DNA from: Candidatus Melainabacteria bacterium 17Bon1m
Lineage (GTDB): Bacteria > Cyanobacteriota > Vampirovibrionia > Obscuribacterales > Obscuribacteraceae
Length of the DNA: 64,000 nucleotides
Assembly: GCA_032128875.1 (NCBI GenBank)
Contig: JAVLKG010000009.1
Span: 160,001 to 224,000 of the forward strand
Direction of reading: 5' to 3'
Shown piece after piece: positions 59,905 to 64,000 of the stretch. How positions within the stretch are numbered: position 1 is the first letter of the stretch; each line of letters begins with the position of its first letter. The notes beneath the pieces were generated by a model. The model had not been told where the DNA came from and ran no database searches. It saw nothing but the letters and a program-made list of their open reading frames with translations. A program made the translations under genes and the position numbers.

Positions 59905-60064
59905 ATTAATCGGAAACCGCCTCGGTTGGCGGTTGCAGCGTAATGTAGGGGTGACGCTATTCGTCGCCAGTCCAAGAGACCTAATCTCAACTACGGCGCA
60001 GCAACTAAAAAACCGGGGCGGTTCCTTTATTACTATCACCACCCAACACCTTCGGGAGTCGAGT

Positions 60065-61333
60065 ATGAAACTCAGCATTGCTCAGGCGGGAGCCGATACC
60101 TTCGAAAATAAGCGCGTGCTTGTTCGTGTTGACTACAATGTTCCGCAGCACGAAGATGGCTCTGTTGCTGATGATTCTCGCATTCGCGGCAGCTTGCAGA
60201 CGATTGAATTCCTGCACAAGGCTGGCGCCAAAATAATTCTCTGTTCGCACCTCGGACGCCCGAAAGGCACGAAGAATGAGAAATACAGCCTGCGTCCGAT
60301 CTCGACGAGACTCTCTCAACTGCTCAGTGACAATGTTGGGTGCACCGCGAAGTTTGTCGGTGATTGCGTTGGTCCTGAAGTGGAAAAGGCAATCTCCGAG
60401 ATGAAACCAGGTGACGTGCTCCTTCTCGAAAACGTCCGCTTCTATGCCGAAGAGGAGAAGAATGACGACGAGTTTTCCAAGAAGCTCGCTTCTCTGGCTG
60501 ACGTTTATGTCAGCGATGCGTTTGGCGCAGTTCACCGCGCTCACGCTTCCACCGAAGGCGTCTCCAAGCACCTGAAACCGGCTCTGGCAGGTTTCCTTCT
60601 GGACAAAGAAATTAGAATGCTCACCCAGGCGCTTGATCCAACCCGCCCAGTCGCCACCATTATCGGTGGTGCGAAAGTTTCCTCCAAAATCGGTGTTTTG
60701 CAAAATCTTCTCGGTCGCGTCGACACGATTATTATCGGCGGTGCGATGGCTTTCACCTTCTTCAAAGCCCGTGGGCTGGAAGTTGGCAAGTCCTTGGTAG
60801 AAGATGATAGGCTGGACTATTGCAAACAGTTGGAGAAAGAAGCTGAGGAAGAAGGGGTAAAACTTATTTTGCCGATCGACGTTGTTGTAGCTCCGAAATT
60901 TCCTGGTGAAGGAGATGCCCTTCCGGCAGAGCCGCACGTTGTATCGATCGATGCTATCCCCTCAGACCAGATGGGTTTAGACATCGGACCGAAGACCATC
61001 GCGCTGATTCATGATGAATTGTCGAAGTGCAAGACAATTGTGTTCAACGGACCGATGGGTGTGTTTGAACACGGTTATGAAGCCGGCACTTACCGTCTCA
61101 TTGACGAGCTTGTAAAACTCACAGAGCAGGGTGTTGTCACCATTGTTGGCGGCGGCGACTCAGTTAGCGCAGTGCGTGCCCACGGCATCAACGAAAACCA
61201 GTTTACACACGTGAGCACCGGTGGCGGTGCCTCGTTGGAATTTTTGGAAGGTAAGGAATTGCCTGGCATTGCCTGCCTCGACAATGCGCCGAAGGGTGCT
61301 ACGCGCGAGTTGGATGCAGTTCGAAAAAACTAA
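60065..61333 (+). CDS. pgk: Phosphoglycerate kinase
   Basis: RVDYNVP, SHLGRP, LLENVRF, GGAKVSSK, STGGGASLEFLEG; GGGAG RBS before ATG 60065. Confidence 0.98.
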   Translation: MKLSIAQAGADTFENKRVLVRVDYNVPQHEDGSVADDSRIRGSLQTIEFLHKAGAKIILCSHLGRPKGTKNEKYSLRPISTRLSQLLSDNVGCTAKFVGDCVGPEVEKAISEMKPGDVLLLENVRFYAEEEKNDDEFSKKLASLADVYVSDAFGAVHRAHASTEGVSKHLKPALAGFLLDKEIRMLTQALDPTRPVATIIGGAKVSSKIGVLQNLLGRVDTIIIGGAMAFTFFKARGLEVGKSLVEDDRLDYCKQLEKEAEEEGVKLILPIDVVVAPKFPGEGDALPAEPHVVSIDAIPSDQMGLDIGPKTIALIHDELSKCKTIVFNGPMGVFEHGYEAGTYRLIDELVKLTEQGVVTIVGGGDSVSAVRAHGINENQFTHVSTGGGASLEFLEGKELPGIACLDNAPKGATRELDAVRKN

Positions 61334-61377
61334 CCGACCAACCAAATCAATAGCAAGTCACTAGCAAGGAACTAGCG

Positions 61378-63399
61378 ATGCCGAAAAGAATTGACGGGAA
61401 AACGACCTCGATTTTTGTTAGTTTTGCTTTGTCGTTGACTTTGGTTTCTTTCACAACGTTGGAGCCCGTCGCGTTCGCGCAAACTTACACGGATGCGCAA
61501 GGACGCTCGATTACGAAAGAAGAGTACGATGCTGGGCAACTAGTGAATGAGGCGTCGCAGCTTCTCAATCAGAACAAAAATGCAGAAGCTTTGTTCAGAC
61601 TGGAGAGTGCGGTGCGCATTGCGCCCAACATGCCTGATGCGCACTACAACTACGGTATTGCCCTCGCAAAGATGGGGCAAACCGAAGAAGCTGTAAGGCA
61701 GTATCAAGAGGCTTCACGCCTCAATCCTCAGATGCCGTATGCCTGGATGAACCTCGGTGCGAGCTATCAGATGCTCGGAAAAATTGAAGAAGCCGTGCAA
61801 GCGTACACTGAGTTTGTAACGCGTTTTCCTTCCAATCCGGAAGCAGGCAAATTGCGAAATCTGATTCAAGGGTTGAATAAAGAACTTGGTCGCCAAACCA
61901 ATCTTCCCGCCGCGCGGCCACCGCAACAGGCACAGGCTCAACAAGCCCAGCCTCAACAAGCACAGCCTCAACAGGCACAACCTCAACAGGCACAGCAAGC
62001 ACAACAACCGGCTACGCAAAGCAATAACTTCCAGCCTATTAACGCCACCAACAATTTCCAACCGATTGGTGATGGCTCGCAGGGATTTGCTGCTCCACAA
62101 AAGGCAAAAACCGATTGGAGTAAGGGCTCAACGAGTGGCGCCTCATCGTCTTCGTCCCAGCCTGGGCTGAGCGAATGGCAAGGTAGCGATTCTTCAAGTA
62201 GCTCCGGCTCAAATCCGTCCGCTGGCTCTAGTTCGAATTCTTCAGGCGGCTCTAATTCCGTCGGCCTCAGCGGCTGGCAAGGCACTGATAGCAGCTCTAG
62301 TGGCGGAAACTCCGGTGGTTCGCAAGGCAACTTCCAGCCGGTTGGTAAAGCTGGCGGTGCGCAAGGGAATTTCCAACCAATTGGAAAGGCTGGCGGCGCG
62401 CAAGGTGACGGATTTCAGCCGTTGGGGAACGTTAAAACTCAAGGTGGTGGATTCCAGCCCATTGGTGGCGGTGGCAGTGGCTCACAAGCTAACTTTCAGC
62501 CGATAGGAAACTCGGGTGGTTCGCAAGGTAACTTTCAGCCGATTGGCAACGTTGGTGGTTCGCAAGGCAACTTCCAACCCATAGGAAACCCTGCTTCTCA
62601 AGGCAATTTCCAACCAATTGGCAATGTCGGGCAAGGTGCTGCCGACCCGAGCAGTTTTGGTCCGCCGGATGAAGCACCGGCACAGCCATATCAACAGCAG
62701 CCACCAGCGCAGATGCAGCAACCTGGGCAAAGACCCAATCAACCTCCGGTTCAACGTCCTCAAGTTGCATCCGCAGCGCCACGCCAAAATCCTAGCGCTG
62801 GACAGCCTGCAGCGCGTCCCACTACAGGCGGTGGCACTGCGCCAGGCTCTGCCGGAAACGCAGCATCAAATTATCTCAATGATGTTGGTGGTGCTCGACT
62901 CGGAAGATGGCCTTCAAGTCGTATGCCTCTAAAAGTTTGCATTATTCCCGCAGCGAATGTGAAGGGCTACCAGCCGGCGTTTGACCAATGTCTGATCAAA
63001 TGTTTCCAAGACTGGGGTAACTGTTCTGGTGGCAAAATTTCATTCAAGGGAGTCAGCGATCCGAAAACAGCGGATATTGTTTGCACTTGGACGAGTGATA
63101 CCAGCAAGTTCATGAACTCTGCCGAAGCCGGCGAAACCACAGTGTACGGCTCACAGGCTGGAATTCAGCATGTGACAATGCTTGTCCTCACTGTTCCGCA
63201 CCCAATGTCTCCCAGTATTCCCGTTTCCGAAAATCGCTTACGCTGGATCTGCTTGCATGAAATTGGACATGCGCTCGGTCTAGGTGGGCATACTCGAAAC
63301 CCACAGGACATCATGTTCTTCACTACACCACTGGCTGACGTATGGAAAGACCTCACGCCTAGAGATTGCAATACGATTCAGGCTCTGTACTCGAAGTAA
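61378..63399 (+). CDS. Secreted TPR, Gln/Gly/Ser-rich repeat, matrixin (M10-like) metalloprotease
   Basis: Signal peptide, 3-4 TPRs, FQP[IVL] repeats, HEIGHALGLGGH plus Met-turn DIMF. Confidence 0.88.
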   Translation: MPKRIDGKTTSIFVSFALSLTLVSFTTLEPVAFAQTYTDAQGRSITKEEYDAGQLVNEASQLLNQNKNAEALFRLESAVRIAPNMPDAHYNYGIALAKMGQTEEAVRQYQEASRLNPQMPYAWMNLGASYQMLGKIEEAVQAYTEFVTRFPSNPEAGKLRNLIQGLNKELGRQTNLPAARPPQQAQAQQAQPQQAQPQQAQPQQAQQAQQPATQSNNFQPINATNNFQPIGDGSQGFAAPQKAKTDWSKGSTSGASSSSSQPGLSEWQGSDSSSSSGSNPSAGSSSNSSGGSNSVGLSGWQGTDSSSSGGNSGGSQGNFQPVGKAGGAQGNFQPIGKAGGAQGDGFQPLGNVKTQGGGFQPIGGGGSGSQANFQPIGNSGGSQGNFQPIGNVGGSQGNFQPIGNPASQGNFQPIGNVGQGAADPSSFGPPDEAPAQPYQQQPPAQMQQPGQRPNQPPVQRPQVASAAPRQNPSAGQPAARPTTGGGTAPGSAGNAASNYLNDVGGARLGRWPSSRMPLKVCIIPAANVKGYQPAFDQCLIKCFQDWGNCSGGKISFKGVSDPKTADIVCTWTSDTSKFMNSAEAGETTVYGSQAGIQHVTMLVLTVPHPMSPSIPVSENRLRWICLHEIGHALGLGGHTRNPQDIMFFTTPLADVWKDLTPRDCNTIQALYSK

Positions 63400-63401
63400 C
63401 C

Positions 63402-63430
63402 GTAGGGTCGACGCCATGCTCCGACCCTAC
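63402..63430. repeat. REP-like palindrome between convergent genes
   Basis: GTAGggtcg-acgccatgctc-cgaccCTAC. Confidence 0.7.
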
Positions 63431-63453
63431 ACTAGTGAATCTGTACGAGATTT

Positions 63454-63999
63454 CTACTGAGCTTGAGCTGACGCGCTCTGCTTTGTCGATTTGTTCATAC
63501 GTTTATCAAAGTTGGTTTCTATGTATCTGATGGGCAATGTGATTCGCCATGACAGGCTGTTCTTCAGTCGCCAAATTTGGTTTTCCAGGTAAATCTCATA
63601 GACTTCTTGCTTTTTGAAAGCATCATTGTTTGTGGTGCACAAACCTTCGCTGAACTCTTCGGCATTCAGGCGTTTGTTTAACTCACGAAGATATTTCGAC
63701 ATTCTCCACGAGCGGCTATTGAGATAGGCGGAATACTCTGTTTCCAGTTCGTTGATTCTATCGGAGCGGTCTTGTGAAAAACGCTCACTATGTTCGAAGC
63801 GGTTTGCGCCCAGCTCCGCATCAGTTGTGCCGTTGCGAAGGCGCCACCTATCGCTGTGTACCTTGTCCAGCACTCGCAGCGCGAGTTCGAAATACTCTTC
63901 CGAAGGGACGGAGGCGATCAATTTTTTTGCTTCATCTGAAAGACGGATGCCTTGTGAATTGATCACTGGAGCATATTCCCTCACGGCAACCTCAGATTC
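63454..63999 (-). CDS. C-terminal part of a protein truncated by the window edge, with two SxSWR motifs typical of surface-glycan biosynthesis enzymes
   Basis: Frame is open to the window end (ESEVAVREY...); YLNSRSWRMSKYLR and LKNSLSWRITLPIRY. Confidence 0.6.
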   Translation of the reverse strand, partial: ESEVAVREYAPVINSQGIRLSDEAKKLIASVPSEEYFELALRVLDKVHSDRWRLRNGTTDAELGANRFEHSERFSQDRSDRINELETEYSAYLNSRSWRMSKYLRELNKRLNAEEFSEGLCTTNNDAFKKQEVYEIYLENQIWRLKNSLSWRITLPIRYIETNFDKRMNKSTKQSASAQAQ

Positions 64000-64000
64000 C

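Overview
This is a chromosomal window of about 50 genes with no rRNA, tRNA, CRISPR array, transposase or prophage that I can support. The cyanobacterial-type housekeeping genes (yggS-sepF, accD-accA, short NifU, HIT, groESL, gap-pgk, pheST, obgE, ruvC, lnt) come without any photosynthesis genes in this window. They sit among many TPR proteins, Ser/Thr kinases and long disordered proteins, which suggests a non-photosynthetic cyanobacterial relative (Vampirovibrionia/Melainabacteria, Obscuribacterales-like); this is inference. Most notable proteins: (1) a HExxH metalloprotease starting with a beta-clamp-like QLQLF motif directly behind ruvC; (2) an intact argininosuccinate-lyase-fold protein with degenerate catalytic motifs, preceded by a structured leader and an unlisted 46-aa ORF; (3) a Ser/Thr kinase fused through two TM helices to a degenerate VirD4/TraD/HerA-like ATPase; (4) a membrane-anchored KPEP-repeat scaffold ending in a Roadblock/MglB domain; (5) a tandem two-domain PC4/YdbC ssDNA-binding protein behind a GATC-dense tract; (6) a TPR/(GNFQPIG)n/matrixin protease. 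Non-coding highlights are a family of GTAG/GTGG REP-like palindromes with covarying stems and local tandem amplification, plus several candidate structured RNAs. All calls come from motif reading by eye; no searches were run.
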